In this document: in pieces, positions 26,556 through 38,070 of the stretch
How positions within the stretch are numbered: the first letter of the stretch is position 1
How the letters are laid out: every line of letters begins with the position of its first letter
From: a virus
Lineage: Duplodnaviria > Heunggongvirae > Uroviricota > Caudoviricetes
Length of the DNA: 40,812 nucleotides
Virus record (IMG/VR): IMGVR_UViG_2541047766_000005
Strand: one strand, 5' to 3'
Notes under the pieces: generated by a model
What the model saw: the letters and a program-made list of their open reading frames with translations, nothing else
What the model was told of the DNA's origin: nothing
Databases searched by the model: none
Position numbers and translations under genes: made by a program

Positions 26556-27449
26556 ATGGACCAGATGGCAGAAAACACACCAGAAGTTGAAATCGAAACC
26601 GATACATCAGAGCAGATTCCTGATGATGTCGAACTGGCTGAAGAAGTCGAAACAGAAGATGGCAGTAAGCCCTCCGGAAATGATGCAGAGGAAGCTACTG
26701 AAACTGATGACGACGAATCAGAACAGGAATTCTACTTTGGTGACGAAAAGCTGGATTCGCCAACCAGCGAAGATGGCGCAGAGCATGGACTGGTAAAACA
26801 CCTGCGCAAGACGATTAAAGAGAAGGACCGCGAGCTGAAAGAGCTGATGCGTCAGTCTCAGAAACCCGTCGAGCAGCAGCCGGTAATCACTCAACCACCG
26901 CGAATGCCAAAACTGGATGATGAGGACATCGGTTTCGATGAAGAAATCTACCAGCAACGCATGACTAAGTGGGCAGAGGATAACGGCAAGTACCAGCAAC
27001 AGGAGATGGCTCGCAAGCAGAAGGAACAGGAGCTTCATGCTGCCTATCAAGAGCGATTATCCAAATATCAACAACGTGTTAAGGCTCTCAAGGTCCCTGG
27101 CTATCAGGAAGCAGAACAGGCCGTACTCGAGGAAATCCCCATCGAGACACAAAACGCGATCCTGTTTGAGTCAGAGAAGCCGGAAATCGTTGTTCTGGCA
27201 CTCGGTCGCAACGCTGAACTGCGCAAGCAACTGGCAGAAGCTACCAACCCCGTAGCAATTGGTCGTCTGCTGGAACGTATCGAATCGAAGGCCAGAATCA
27301 TGCCAAAAGCAAAAACCACGGCAGCCACAACCCCGACAGTTAAGGGGAGCAACGGCGCAGTAATCAACAACCTCGACAAATTGAAAGCCAAGGCGCTGGA
27401 AACTGGTGACTGGACGCCGTATTTCGCCGCTAAAAAGGCAAAAAAATAA
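26556..27449 (+). CDS. Scaffolding protein
   Basis: 297-aa acidic, helix-rich ORF between portal and coat, as P22 gp8. Confidence 0.75.
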   Translation: MDQMAENTPEVEIETDTSEQIPDDVELAEEVETEDGSKPSGNDAEEATETDDDESEQEFYFGDEKLDSPTSEDGAEHGLVKHLRKTIKEKDRELKELMRQSQKPVEQQPVITQPPRMPKLDDEDIGFDEEIYQQRMTKWAEDNGKYQQQEMARKQKEQELHAAYQERLSKYQQRVKALKVPGYQEAEQAVLEEIPIETQNAILFESEKPEIVVLALGRNAELRKQLAEATNPVAIGRLLERIESKARIMPKAKTTAATTPTVKGSNGAVINNLDKLKAKALETGDWTPYFAAKKAKK

Positions 27450-27467
27450 CCTATCGGAGCATTAAGC

Positions 27468-28721
27468 ATGGCTAACCAATTAGCAAAAGACCTTGAAATC
27501 ATGTTCGAAAACTACGTTGAAGGCTTTGAGGCCGCCTGCGTAGTTTCCCGTAACGCTAAAAAATTCCGTCCCGGTGATACAGCAATGCAGCGAGCAGGTG
27601 ATGTTCTGTATCGTCCGCAGCATTACCACATGAACATTGAGGAAGGCCTCGACCTCAGCAGCAAAACGCCAACAGCACTGGTTCAGCGCCTTGTTCCTTC
27701 TGTGTTCAAGGAGCCTAAAAACATTCTGTACACTCTGGATGCGCGTGAAATGCGTGACCCGGAACATAAAACTGAAGCTGGTCGCGCCGCAGGTATGCGC
27801 CTTGCTGCACAGATTGACTCTGACCTGATTTCCATGGTCACGCAGCGTGCTACTAACGTGATCACAATGGCTGACTCAACCACTGGTTCACAGGGCCGTG
27901 ATTTGTGGAACTGTGCGGCAGGTATTGATGCCACCATGACGGCGATTGGTGTACCGCAGGGTATCAACCGTCGCTCTTTCTGGAACCCCTTCAACTACAA
28001 AGACCTTGCTGGCGAGCTTGGTCACCGTGCCTACGCTCAGGGCGCAACCCTGACAGCATACGAAAAAGCGCAGATCCCTCCTATTGCTTCCTTTGATAGC
28101 TACAAGACCGATATTTCTGGTCGTGTTCCGAAAGGGACTGCGACTTCCATTACGCTGGCGGCCGAACCTGCGCACAAGGTTGAAGCGAAAGACGCCAACG
28201 ATATGCCAGTGGATAACCGACAGGGGACCATTACGGTATCTGCATCTGGTTTGCAGGTTGGCGATGCATTTACCATTGCAGGGGTGAATTCTGTACACCA
28301 GATCACCAAAGACACCACCGGGCAGCCGCAGGTATTCCGCGTTCTGGCAGTTAGCGGAACGACAGTAACTATCTCCCCGAAAATTTTGCCGCCTGACAAC
28401 GCGGATGTCGCCAGCCGTCCATATGCAAACGTTGATGCTAACGCGGCAAATGGTGCAGCAATTACCATTCTCAACAAAAATGCCGCACCGGCTAACCTGT
28501 TCTGGGCTGATGGTTATGTTGAACTGATGTACGGCAAACTGGCATTCCCGACTGGTCAGGGGCCACAGGTAATGACAGCAACCACCGAGCAGGGCGCTAC
28601 GCTGATCATGTCTTACGCCTTCGACCACATCAAAGGCGTAACCACTGCACGTTTCACCACTCTGTACGGTTGCTCTGTACTGGTTCCTGAATATACGGGC
28701 ATCGTTATTGCCGGGCAGTAA
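27468..28721 (+). CDS. Major coat (capsid) protein, P22/Sf6-like
   Basis: 417-aa ORF in the coat position with GGAG SD, followed by a strong intrinsic terminator. Confidence 0.85.
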   Translation: MANQLAKDLEIMFENYVEGFEAACVVSRNAKKFRPGDTAMQRAGDVLYRPQHYHMNIEEGLDLSSKTPTALVQRLVPSVFKEPKNILYTLDAREMRDPEHKTEAGRAAGMRLAAQIDSDLISMVTQRATNVITMADSTTGSQGRDLWNCAAGIDATMTAIGVPQGINRRSFWNPFNYKDLAGELGHRAYAQGATLTAYEKAQIPPIASFDSYKTDISGRVPKGTATSITLAAEPAHKVEAKDANDMPVDNRQGTITVSASGLQVGDAFTIAGVNSVHQITKDTTGQPQVFRVLAVSGTTVTISPKILPPDNADVASRPYANVDANAANGAAITILNKNAAPANLFWADGYVELMYGKLAFPTGQGPQVMTATTEQGATLIMSYAFDHIKGVTTARFTTLYGCSVLVPEYTGIVIAGQ

Positions 28722-28725
28722 TTTT

Positions 28726-28751
28726 GGTGGGGCTTCGGCCCCATTTTTATT
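28726..28751 (+). terminator. Intrinsic terminator after coat gene
   Basis: GGGGC-TTCG-GCCCC hairpin followed by ATTTTTATT. Confidence 0.7.
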
Positions 28752-28762
28752 GGGAGAAGACA

Positions 28763-28951
28763 ATGGCACGAACAATGCTCTATAAGCCTGGCAACATGAT
28801 CACCTGTGGTCAGTTTGCTGTCGATTACATCATTGTTGATGACGAAGAAGTTAAATCTCACCTGAAAAAAGGCTGGGTAAAAACTCCTGAAGAAACCGCA
28901 ACGAAGCAAAAAGTGGCTAAGGCGGAAGAAGATGGCGAAAACGAAGGGTGA
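28763..28951 (+). CDS. Small hypothetical protein
   Basis: 62-aa ORF from ATG 28763 with GGGAGA SD; track ORF starts at 28724. Confidence 0.45.
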   Translation: MARTMLYKPGNMITCGQFAVDYIIVDDEEVKSHLKKGWVKTPEETATKQKVAKAEEDGENEG

Positions 28952-29393
28952 TCTCGTTCTTAAGGCTTTACGAAAAGCCGGGCTGTATTCCAATGCCACG
29001 TTGACAGATGCTGACCCTCAGGCAATTGAAGATGCCATTAATGACCTCGAAGACATGATGGCAGCATGGCAGGCTAAAGGTATCGAGCTTGGGTATCAGT
29101 TTGCTGATACAGAAAACGGCATCATGCCGTTACCTGACGATGATTCAGGTATCCCTGCATGGGCAAATGATGGCGTCGCTTTGAAACTCGCTGTGCAAGT
29201 GTGCATGGATAACGTCATTCAGCCGTCAGACGCTCTCCTTACCGCTGCTGACAGTGCATATCAGACAATCTGTATCGCTTTAACCAAAATACCACCACTT
29301 GAGCGACGAAATGACATGCCTCGCGGTAGTGGTAACAAAAGCGCGTTTACGTGGAATCGGTTTTACATCGAGAAAGATGATCCGAGTACGTGA
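28932..29393 (+). CDS. Head completion / tail adaptor protein (P22 gp4-like)
   Basis: 153-aa ORF; MAKTKGDLV...ATLTDADPQAIEDAINDLEDMMAAW resembles P22 gp4. Confidence 0.8.
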   Translation: MAKTKGDLVLKALRKAGLYSNATLTDADPQAIEDAINDLEDMMAAWQAKGIELGYQFADTENGIMPLPDDDSGIPAWANDGVALKLAVQVCMDNVIQPSDALLTAADSAYQTICIALTKIPPLERRNDMPRGSGNKSAFTWNRFYIEKDDPST

Positions 29394-29402
29394 GGTGAAT
29401 AA

Positions 29403-30821
29403 ATGCCGATTCAGCAACTTCCGCTTATGAAAGGTGTCGGCAAAGACTTTCGAAACGCCGACTATATCGACTATCTGCCAGTAAATATGTTGGCTACACC
29501 CAAAGAAATCCTTAACAGCAGCGGATATCTTCGCTCATTCCCGGGCATTGCAAAACGTTCTGATGTGAACGGTGTATCTCGAGGCGTCGAGTACAACATG
29601 GCGCAGAATGCTGTTTATCGCGTGTGTGGTGGCAAGCTGTACAAAGGAGAAAGTGAAGTCGGTGATGTTGCCGGAAGTGGTCGCGTATCAATGGCGCATG
29701 GTCGGACATCACAGGCGGTAGGCGTTAATGGTCAACTTTTCGAGTATCGCTATGATGGCACGGTTAAAACCGTCTCAAACTGGCCTGCAGACAGCGGATT
29801 TACGCAGTATGAATTAGGTTCGGTTCGTGACATTACTCGCTTACGTGGGCGTTATGCGTGGTCAAAAGACGGTACTGATTCATGGTTTATCACTGATCTT
29901 GAAGACGAATCGCATCCTGACCGCTACAGCGCACAATATCGGGCAGAATCACAGCCTGACGGCATCATCGGCATCGGAACATGGCGAGACTTCATCGTCT
30001 GCTTTGGCTCATCGACGATTGAATATTTCTCCCTGACTGGTGCAACCACAGTTGGTGCTGCTTTGTATGTCGCACAGCCATCGCTGATGGTGCAGAAAGG
30101 CATTGCCGGGACTTACTGCAAAACGCCGTTTGCTGATTCGTATGCGTTCATCAGCAATCCGGCAACAGGTGCGCCGTCTGTGTACATCATCGGTTCCGGT
30201 CAGGTGTCACCAATCGCCAGCGCGAGCATTGAGAAAATCCTCCGCTCCTACACTGCTGATGAACTGGCTGATGGTGTGATGGAATCGCTGCGATTTGATG
30301 CTCATGAGTTGCTGATTATCCACCTTCCGCGCCATGTTCTCGTGTACGACGCATCTTCAAGCGCCAATGGTCCGCAATGGTGTGTGTTGAAAACTGGCTT
30401 GTATGACGATGTGTACCGCGCTATCGACTTCATTTACGAAGGCAATCAGATAACGTGCGGCGATAAGCTGGAATCCGTGACCGGGAAATTGCAGTTCGAT
30501 ATCAGCAGCCAGTACGACAAGCAGCAGGAACACCTGCTGTTTACTCCGTTGTTCAAAGCGGATAACGCCAGAGTTTTCGACCTTGAAGTTGAATCGTCAA
30601 CTGGAGTTGCGCAGTATGCTGACCGCCTTTTTCTCTCTGCAACCACTGACGGCATCAATTACGGGCGTGAGCAGATGATTGAGCAGAATGAACCGTTCGT
30701 TTACGACAAACGCGTTTTGTGGAAGCGGGTCGGACGCATCAGGAAAAATGTCGGCTTCAAATTGCGCGTTATCACTAAGTCACCTGTCACTCTCTCAGGC
30801 TGCCAGATAAGGATTGAGTAA
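29403..30821 (+). CDS. Tail accessory protein (P22 gp10-like)
   Basis: 472-aa ORF, same length and position as P22 gp10. Confidence 0.8.
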   Translation: MPIQQLPLMKGVGKDFRNADYIDYLPVNMLATPKEILNSSGYLRSFPGIAKRSDVNGVSRGVEYNMAQNAVYRVCGGKLYKGESEVGDVAGSGRVSMAHGRTSQAVGVNGQLFEYRYDGTVKTVSNWPADSGFTQYELGSVRDITRLRGRYAWSKDGTDSWFITDLEDESHPDRYSAQYRAESQPDGIIGIGTWRDFIVCFGSSTIEYFSLTGATTVGAALYVAQPSLMVQKGIAGTYCKTPFADSYAFISNPATGAPSVYIIGSGQVSPIASASIEKILRSYTADELADGVMESLRFDAHELLIIHLPRHVLVYDASSSANGPQWCVLKTGLYDDVYRAIDFIYEGNQITCGDKLESVTGKLQFDISSQYDKQQEHLLFTPLFKADNARVFDLEVESSTGVAQYADRLFLSATTDGINYGREQMIEQNEPFVYDKRVLWKRVGRIRKNVGFKLRVITKSPVTLSGCQIRIE

Positions 30822-31669
30822 TGGTTGATTCATCACTGAATGATCCTGTTGTGGTTCAGGCTACGCGCCTTGATGCTTCAATTTTGCCACGCAATATATT
30901 CAGCCAGTCTTACCTACTATATGTCATAAATCAGGGAGCTGATGTCGGTGCAATCGCCGGGAAGGCAAATCAGGCTGGTCAGGGCGCTTATGATGCACAG
31001 GTCAGGAACGATGAGCAGGATGTGATTCTCGCTGACCATGAGCAGCGAATTTCTGCTGCGGAAGCAACGCTTGTTAATCATGAGGAGCGAATCAGCCAGG
31101 CAGAATCAACTCTTCAGGAACATGAAACACGAATAGCTCAGAATGAAAGCGATATTGCCTCGCTTGATACCAGAGTTCAGTCGCTGGAATCGCAGGTTTC
31201 AGACCATGAAACGCGCATCGATGCTCTGGAGTATGCCACTACTCGCAAAAAGTCAGAGGTTGTTTACTCTGGTGTATCTGTAACCATCCCGACAGCGCCG
31301 ACCAACCTTGTTAGCCTGCTGAAAACGCTCACGCCATCATCCGGCACGTTGGCACCATTCTTCGACACCGTTAACAACAAGATGGTTGTGTTCAACGAGA
31401 ACAAAACCTTGTTCTTCAAGCTGTCGATCGTCGGGACGTGGCCCAGCGGAACCGCCAACAGGTCAATGCAGCTAACCTTTTCCGGCTCTGTTCCTGACAC
31501 ACTGGTAAGCAGTTGCAACTCGGCGACAACAACCGATAACATCTTGTTAGCTACGTTCTTCAGCGTGGATAAAGACGGCTTTCTTGCCACAAATGGCAGC
31601 ACGTTAACCATTCAGTCTAATGGTGCGGCGTTTACTGCCACAACCATCAAAATCATTGCGGAGCAGTGA
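30821..31669 (+). CDS. Tail needle protein (P22 gp26-like, with C-terminal knob as in Sf6)
   Basis: 282-aa ORF; N-terminus [36 protein letters not shown] matches P22 gp26; trimeric coiled-coil heptads; extra C-terminal domain. Confidence 0.85.
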   Translation: MVDSSLNDPVVVQATRLDASILPRNIFSQSYLLYVINQGADVGAIAGKANQAGQGAYDAQVRNDEQDVILADHEQRISAAEATLVNHEERISQAESTLQEHETRIAQNESDIASLDTRVQSLESQVSDHETRIDALEYATTRKKSEVVYSGVSVTIPTAPTNLVSLLKTLTPSSGTLAPFFDTVNNKMVVFNENKTLFFKLSIVGTWPSGTANRSMQLTFSGSVPDTLVSSCNSATTTDNILLATFFSVDKDGFLATNGSTLTIQSNGAAFTATTIKIIAEQ

Positions 31670-32136
31670 TGGAAATAAAGCTCATCGATAATCCGGTGAA
31701 GCTTGCAGAATTCCTCAACAACCCGGCAAACACGGGAAATATCGTAGACAGTGGAGATAAATACTACATCAAGCCTGATGCGGTATACCTCGGCATCTAC
31801 GAAGGATTAGTGCTGGCTGGCGTTCATGAAGTGCGTAACTTCTGGCATAGCGTTGTGGAATGTCATGCGGTGTACGACCCCGGATTCCGTGGTGAATATG
31901 CACTGCAAGGGCATCGATTATTCTGCAAATGGCTTCTCGAAAACTCACCATTCCTTAACAGCATCACCATGGTTCCTGACACCACGAAATACGGACGGGC
32001 AATTATCCGTTTGCTTGGCGCTTCCCGTGTTGGTCACCTTGATGATGCGTACATGAGTAACGGAAAACCGGTTGGAATCACCCTCTATCAATTACCTCGT
32101 TCAAAATATGAGGAGCTAATAAATGTTAGTACTTAG
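31666..32136 (+). CDS. Head assembly protein (P22 gp14-like)
   Basis: 156-aa ORF in the gp14 position, overlapping neighbours. Confidence 0.6.
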   Translation: MMEIKLIDNPVKLAEFLNNPANTGNIVDSGDKYYIKPDAVYLGIYEGLVLAGVHEVRNFWHSVVECHAVYDPGFRGEYALQGHRLFCKWLLENSPFLNSITMVPDTTKYGRAIIRLLGASRVGHLDDAYMSNGKPVGITLYQLPRSKYEELINVST

Positions 32137-32803
32137 CGAAAGCTTCAAGAATAAATTGCTTCCTATGAATGGGTATATGAAAGGCGGCAGCGACTCCGGC
32201 TCTAAAGCCCAGGCACGCGCAACTGAAAAGGGTATCGAATTGCAGCGTGAAATGTGGCAAACGAACATGCAAAACCTTGCACCGTTCACGCCACTCGCTC
32301 AGCAGTACGTATCACAGTTGCAGAATCTTTCCTCTCTTCAGGGGCAAGGTCAGGCGCTTAACCAGTATTACAACTCCCAGCAGTATAAAGACCTTGCAGG
32401 GCAGGCGCGTTACCAGAGTCTGGCAGCAGCAGAGGCAACGGGTGGATTAGGCTCTACAGCAACAGGAAACCAGTTAGCAGCAATCGCACCTACACTCGGT
32501 CAAAACTGGTTGTCAGGTCAGATGAACAACTACAACAATCTGGCAAATATTGGCCTTGGCGCTCTTACAGGTCAGGCAAACGCCGGACAGAACTATGCCA
32601 ACAACGTCAGCCAGTTGTATCAACAGCAGGCGGCAGCATCTGCGGCTAATGCTAACCGACCATCAGGATTGCAATCAGCTTTGGGCGGTGCCATGAGCGG
32701 TGCGGCATCAGGGGCGATGATTGGCTCTGTGGTGCCTGGAATAGGTACAGCTGTTGGCGCTATTGGTGGCGGTATTATCGGTGGTCTTGGATCATTGTTT
32801 TAA
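32123..32803 (+). CDS. Ejection (DNA transfer) protein, P22 gp7-like
   Basis: 226-aa Gln/Ala/Gly-rich ORF with C-terminal hydrophobic glycine-zipper segment, in the gp7 position. Confidence 0.65.
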   Translation: MLVLSESFKNKLLPMNGYMKGGSDSGSKAQARATEKGIELQREMWQTNMQNLAPFTPLAQQYVSQLQNLSSLQGQGQALNQYYNSQQYKDLAGQARYQSLAAAEATGGLGSTATGNQLAAIAPTLGQNWLSGQMNNYNNLANIGLGALTGQANAGQNYANNVSQLYQQQAAASAANANRPSGLQSALGGAMSGAASGAMIGSVVPGIGTAVGAIGGGIIGGLGSLF

Positions 32804-32812
32804 GGTGGGAAT

Positions 32813-34114
32813 ATGGCTACTTGGCAACAAGGAATCAACTCAGGCGGTTTTCTTGCTGGTATCGGTGGGCAAAACTCAAATGCGCCAAAGGCAAGTGATG
32901 TAAGTGAGGCGTTGGCCTATATTCGCCAGAACAACGAAATGGAGCGTTCAGGTCGCAATAACATCGGCCTTCAGGCGTTGCAGGGACTTGGTAGTGTCGC
33001 TCAAACATATCAAGCCGCAAAGCAACAGGAAGCGGATGCTGCATTCCAAAAAGAATATGCGGCAGCCATCCAGTCCGGTGATCGACAGCAGGTTCGAGAT
33101 CTGATGACCAAATATCCTGGTCAATTAGAGAAGATTCAGTCTGGTATGAAGTGGGCAGACGAAGACCAGCGCAATTCTATCGGCACCTTAGCGGCTGGCG
33201 CACGCCTTGCGGCCTCGTCTCCAGAAGCAATGCAATCATGGCTGCAAAACAACGCCAAGGAACTGACTCGCGTCGGTGTTGACCCTAATAACGTTGCTCA
33301 GATGTATCAGCAGAATCCTTCAGGATTTGGTGAGTTTGTTGATCACCTTGGAATGTCAGCGCTTGGTCCTAATGATTATTTCAATGTTCAGGACAAGATG
33401 GCTGGTCGTGAGATTGACCGAGGCAGGCTGGCAGAGACAATCCGCAGCAATCAGGCCGGAGAAGCACTAACAGCTCGAGGTCAGGACATCCAGATACGTG
33501 GACAGAACATCAGCGCACAGAATGCTGCTCTTTCCCGCGAAATACAAAGAGCAGAATTACAAGAAAAGGCTCTGGACAGACAGATAGCCAGAGAAAGCAA
33601 TCAGTTAAAGCTTGAAGAGTTAAAGCAGAAACAGGCAGATGTTCGGCAAAAGGCTGACATAGCCCGCGCGGACAGACAGGCCGCCGCTCAGGGCGCTGTT
33701 GATACGTTCAGCACTGCGCTTGATTCTCTCAACGAGATAGAGCAAAGCCCCGGCCTTTCAAAAGCAGTAGGCATTCGCTCAGCGTTTCCGACAGTTCCTG
33801 GATCCGATGCGGCTAACTTTGAAGCAAGGCTAGATACCTTTAAAGCTCAAACTTTCCTCCCTATGGTGCAGTCCCTGAAGGGGATGGGGGCTCTTTCAGA
33901 TGCTGAGGGTAAAAAATTATCCGATGCGGTTGGTGCTCTAAGTCCCAAAATGAGTGAAAAGGCTTTTCGTGACTCTATCGGAAAGATTCGAAATCAGCTT
34001 GAAAGCAAGTTGAGCACTGTTAAAAAACAGTTTGATTATCAGGAGCCGGTGCAGAATACGCCAGGACAACAATCTCCTGCTGGCAGTAACTTTTCTTCAC
34101 TATGGGGTGATTAA
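32813..34114 (+). CDS. Ejection protein, P22 gp20-like
   Basis: 433-aa ORF in the gp20 position. Confidence 0.65.
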   Translation: MATWQQGINSGGFLAGIGGQNSNAPKASDVSEALAYIRQNNEMERSGRNNIGLQALQGLGSVAQTYQAAKQQEADAAFQKEYAAAIQSGDRQQVRDLMTKYPGQLEKIQSGMKWADEDQRNSIGTLAAGARLAASSPEAMQSWLQNNAKELTRVGVDPNNVAQMYQQNPSGFGEFVDHLGMSALGPNDYFNVQDKMAGREIDRGRLAETIRSNQAGEALTARGQDIQIRGQNISAQNAALSREIQRAELQEKALDRQIARESNQLKLEELKQKQADVRQKADIARADRQAAAQGAVDTFSTALDSLNEIEQSPGLSKAVGIRSAFPTVPGSDAANFEARLDTFKAQTFLPMVQSLKGMGALSDAEGKKLSDAVGALSPKMSEKAFRDSIGKIRNQLESKLSTVKKQFDYQEPVQNTPGQQSPAGSNFSSLWGD

Positions 34115-36111
34115 TGGCTAAAGCATGGAAAGATGTTATCGCCTCTCCACAGTATCAGGCGTTAGCACCAGAACAAAAAGCGCAGGCTCAGGAGCAATAC
34201 TTCAATGAAGTCGTGGCACCGCAAGCCGGAGAAAATGCAGAGCAGGCTAAGCAAGCTTTCTATGCAGCCTATCCATTGTCATCTGTGCAGCCAGTGGAGA
34301 CACAGCAACCAGTAGCACAGCAACAACCACAGCAAAGTAGATTTATGTCTGACCTTGGTGAAGCAGTGAAAGAGACTGGTCGCGGACTGGTGCAGGCTGG
34401 CGTGAACGTGGCAAACATACCTGCATCAATTGCCGATGCTGTAACAAGCGCGGCGGCATGGGCTGGCGGTAAACTCGGCATTGGCGATGGGACATATCAA
34501 CCAGCGCCACGAGTAACAACGCAGGGATTAGAACAGGACTTTGGTCTTCAGCAAGGCGCGCTGACTCCACAAACGACAGAGGGCAGGGTATTTGCTGAGG
34601 CATTGCCTTATCTCACTCCTGCTGGCGTTGAGAGAGCGGCAACACAGGCACCAACACTTGCTGGTCGAATTGCTCAGGGTGCAACTCGCCTTCTCGCAGA
34701 AAACGCAGTCGGAACACTTGCTGCAAATAGTGCGAAAGATGATGCGGAAGCACTCGCCACCGATTTAGGCGTTGGTGTTCTGGCTGGAGGCGCTATTAAC
34801 GCTGCTGGACGTGGATTAGGTGCTGCTTATCGTGGCGTTCGTGGTGCTATCGCACCAGAAGCGCAACAGGCTATCAGATTTGCAGAGCGTGAAGGGGTGC
34901 CTCTTCATACTACTGACCTCTTACAGCCTACTTCCCGCGTCGGAAAAATGGCGCAAACGACAGCAGAAAATATCCCCCTGGCTGGCACAAGCGGAATGAG
35001 AGCAACGCAACAGGAAGCGAGAAGTCAGTTGGTGCAGAGATTTGCTGATAAATTCGGTGAGTATGATCCAGCGGTTATTATTGACAGCCTTAAAGCGAAA
35101 ACATCAGGAATTCGTCGTGCTGCTGGGAACCGTCTTGAGCAGGTTCAGAATGCAATGGCGGGAGTCAACATTCAGCCTGCGCGAGCAATTCAGCAGATTG
35201 ATACTGAGATATCTAATCTGCAGAAGCTTGGTAAGGTTGCTGATAACGAGACGATTTCAAAACTTCAATCATATCGTGATGAGCTTGTTCGCAATGCTGG
35301 TCCTGATGGTCCGGTAAATCTGGATTTGAAACAATTAAGCGATCTGCGCAGCCAGTTCAGAATGGACGTGAAGGGGGAGCGACCAGTGTTACCAAACCGT
35401 TCCGATGCCGCCATTCAGCGCGTTTACAAGGCAATGACCGACGATATCAATAGTGTCATTGGTCAGAATCTTGGCAACGATACTCTCCGGAAATATCAGC
35501 AGGCCAATGCCGTCTACGCTGACGAAGCGGCGAAACTAAAGAATACCAGGCTGAAGAATGTTCTCATGAAAGGCGATCTGACGCCGGAAGTTGTCAACAA
35601 CATGCTATTCAGCAAGAACAAATCGGAAATTAAGACTCTGTATAACTCAGTTGGTCGTGTTGGCAGGGCGCAAATGCGCAATGGCATCATTGGAAAGGCG
35701 ATGGAGAAATCTGGCGGATCCCCTGACCAGTTCCTTCGGCAGCTTAACATCCTGCAAAACCAGACTGGCATCACATTTAAGGGTCAGGACGCTGCTTATC
35801 TGAAAGGATTAAAAAACTACCTGCAATCCACGCAGCAGGCTGCAAAAGCGGCAGTAACAACACCCACAGGGCAGCAAACCATCCCGTTCATTATTGGGTA
35901 TGGTACGGCAATGAACCCGGCGACAACTGGCGCAGCAGTAAGCTACGGACTTCTTACTCGCGCCTATGAGAGCGAGCCATTCAGAAATGCAATGCTCAGA
36001 ATGGCAAACACCCCACGTGGATCAACAGCGTTTGAGAAAGCCATGCAGCAGGCACAAAAGGCAATTAGCGCCATGACTCAGGGTGCTAAGTCTGATGCGT
36101 TGTCAGAATAG
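34114..36111 (+). CDS. Ejection protein, P22 gp16-like
   Basis: 665-aa ORF in the gp16 position. Confidence 0.65.
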   Translation: MAKAWKDVIASPQYQALAPEQKAQAQEQYFNEVVAPQAGENAEQAKQAFYAAYPLSSVQPVETQQPVAQQQPQQSRFMSDLGEAVKETGRGLVQAGVNVANIPASIADAVTSAAAWAGGKLGIGDGTYQPAPRVTTQGLEQDFGLQQGALTPQTTEGRVFAEALPYLTPAGVERAATQAPTLAGRIAQGATRLLAENAVGTLAANSAKDDAEALATDLGVGVLAGGAINAAGRGLGAAYRGVRGAIAPEAQQAIRFAEREGVPLHTTDLLQPTSRVGKMAQTTAENIPLAGTSGMRATQQEARSQLVQRFADKFGEYDPAVIIDSLKAKTSGIRRAAGNRLEQVQNAMAGVNIQPARAIQQIDTEISNLQKLGKVADNETISKLQSYRDELVRNAGPDGPVNLDLKQLSDLRSQFRMDVKGERPVLPNRSDAAIQRVYKAMTDDINSVIGQNLGNDTLRKYQQANAVYADEAAKLKNTRLKNVLMKGDLTPEVVNNMLFSKNKSEIKTLYNSVGRVGRAQMRNGIIGKAMEKSGGSPDQFLRQLNILQNQTGITFKGQDAAYLKGLKNYLQSTQQAAKAAVTTPTGQQTIPFIIGYGTAMNPATTGAAVSYGLLTRAYESEPFRNAMLRMANTPRGSTAFEKAMQQAQKAISAMTQGAKSDALSE

Positions 36112-36275
36112 CTTTGCAAACACCAGGAACGTGCAAAAACCAAATATATAGAGCGCAATATTCAACAGATCTCTTTGCATAGACTCATCTCATAATTAAC
36201 AAATCATAACTGACATTAGTGCAATGCTGGGCAAGTTGCATCTTGTTCGGCATTGCTACGTCCGGAGCAAATTAA

Positions 36276-38039
36276 ATGACAGACATTACAGCCAATGTTG
36301 TGGTAAGCATGCCTTCGCAACTCTTCACTATGGCGCGTTCTTTTAAAGCCGTTGCCAATGGCAAAATTTATATCGGTAAAATTGACACTGACCCGGTAAA
36401 TCCTGAAAACCAGATTCAGGTTTATGTAGAGAACGAAGACGGCTCTCACGTTCCTGTTTCGCAACCAATCATCATTAACGCTGCTGGTTATCCGGTATAT
36501 AACGGACAGATTGCAAAGTTCGTTACCGTACAGGGACATTCAATGGCTGTGTATGACGCATATGGCACACAGCAGTTCTACTATCCAAACATTCTCAAGT
36601 ATGACCCGGACCAGTTCCGGCAGGAGCTAGAGGGAGAGTTTGCAAGCGGGGCATTCCCTGAAACAGTAAAGTATAAGTATGGATTACCATCTGTTGTTGA
36701 TGGTGCTGTCTTCAGGAATGTACAAGAAAAGCTGGATGATTTTGTATTTTTGGAAGACTTTGGTGGCAAAGATGATTCTGGAACAACAGATAATAGCATA
36801 GCCTTTCAGAAGGCATTCGCTTCAGGCGCAAGAAAAATTCACTTGAAAGGTTCTGGCATATATGGAATGAAGACCAGAGACATTGAGCTTCCAGCAAAAT
36901 ATGAAATTATTGGTAACGCAAAAAATCCAGAGATTAAATATCTAGGTTCTGATTCAACCTTCACTATGTTTACCCTTACAGGGTCTGGCCCGGCTGCTAG
37001 TCAGTGGAAACAGGGTGGCATATTCCGAGATGTAGTCATATCATCCGACGTGCTGATTAACTGGATTGTTTGTCGTCATGTCCAGAACTTAGAGTTTGAT
37101 CGGGTGTTTTTCTATAACGCACAAACTACTATGAACAACTACCATTACGTTAACTTCTTCCGGTGCGAACGTTGGGGTAGTCCATTCTTGGGGCGTGCGG
37201 ATTTAAATACTGTGGAGTTCATCAGCGAATCACCTAAGTTTCTTATGTGTTTCAGTTCTAACTCTCCGATTGACGTATGGGATACCGCCGATTTATTTAT
37301 TAGTGAATGCTCAATGTTTGCTGGAGATTTTGCGGTAAGAACACGCACAACACTTGGTGAGATGGGTGGAACAGACCAATTCGCGGGTTATCCGGTTATA
37401 ATTTCAAATAGCGTTTTTGATGCCATCAACGGTACTGCTTTTGATATGGAGAGTCTGGCTTACGCTACCATCAGCGGTAACATTATTAGTGCAGGGAGGA
37501 TAAACAATAGTCGTGGAATTAATATTAAAGGGGCAAGAAATCTAACATTTACGGGAAACACTATCACTTACTGTGGTGAGTTCGGCATGGTATTGGAAAA
37601 TGCTGAACAATGTTCTTTGTCTAATAATATATTCAACGGAAATAAGACTGGTGGGCTATCGTTGGTAAACTGTAAAGAAATATCTGTTATTGGCGGCTCT
37701 ATGGGTACGTCTTATATCAGAGGTGGATACTACGTGCAACCACTTGGGATCACAGACCCCGCCGATAACTGTAACGGCATAACCATCAATGGCGTTTCTT
37801 TCGATAGCGATATGACGACCAAGATTTACCTTAATACATCGGAAGAGCGCAAAAATCGTATTATAGCTTGTCTAGGTGTTAATGATACTCAGACGACTTA
37901 TCAAAACCGTGGATCTACTGCGCAGCGCCCTACAGCACCAGTCAGTGGGCAGATGTATTATGATACAACGCTAGGTCTTCCAATATGGTATAACACAGTA
38001 TCATCTGAATGGAAGAGGGCGGATGGTACAAGTGTATGA
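36276..38039 (+). CDS. Tailspike protein (P22 gp9-like head-binding domain plus distinct receptor-binding domain)
   Basis: 587-aa ORF; first ~110 aa match the P22 tailspike head-binding domain ([11 protein letters not shown]...YDPDQ); the rest diverges, consistent with a different O-antigen specificity. Confidence 0.9.
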   Translation: MTDITANVVVSMPSQLFTMARSFKAVANGKIYIGKIDTDPVNPENQIQVYVENEDGSHVPVSQPIIINAAGYPVYNGQIAKFVTVQGHSMAVYDAYGTQQFYYPNILKYDPDQFRQELEGEFASGAFPETVKYKYGLPSVVDGAVFRNVQEKLDDFVFLEDFGGKDDSGTTDNSIAFQKAFASGARKIHLKGSGIYGMKTRDIELPAKYEIIGNAKNPEIKYLGSDSTFTMFTLTGSGPAASQWKQGGIFRDVVISSDVLINWIVCRHVQNLEFDRVFFYNAQTTMNNYHYVNFFRCERWGSPFLGRADLNTVEFISESPKFLMCFSSNSPIDVWDTADLFISECSMFAGDFAVRTRTTLGEMGGTDQFAGYPVIISNSVFDAINGTAFDMESLAYATISGNIISAGRINNSRGINIKGARNLTFTGNTITYCGEFGMVLENAEQCSLSNNIFNGNKTGGLSLVNCKEISVIGGSMGTSYIRGGYYVQPLGITDPADNCNGITINGVSFDSDMTTKIYLNTSEERKNRIIACLGVNDTQTTYQNRGSTAQRPTAPVSGQMYYDTTLGLPIWYNTVSSEWKRADGTSV

Positions 38040-38043
38040 TAAT

Positions 38044-38068
38044 GCGGGTGCTTAGCACCCGCTTATTT
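38044..38068. terminator. Bidirectional intrinsic terminator between tailspike and gtr operon
   Basis: GCGGGTGC-TTA-GCACCCGC hairpin flanked by T-rich tract, between convergent genes. Confidence 0.7.
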
Positions 38069-38070
38069 AA

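Noticed and set aside
27888-28775. 295-aa minus-strand ORF inside the coat gene (and similar antisense ORFs at 25911-26435, 24570-24917, 13386-13742)
   Set aside because: Antisense to strongly supported structural or replication genes, Arg/Cys-rich translations typical of reverse-frame artefacts, no initiation signals.
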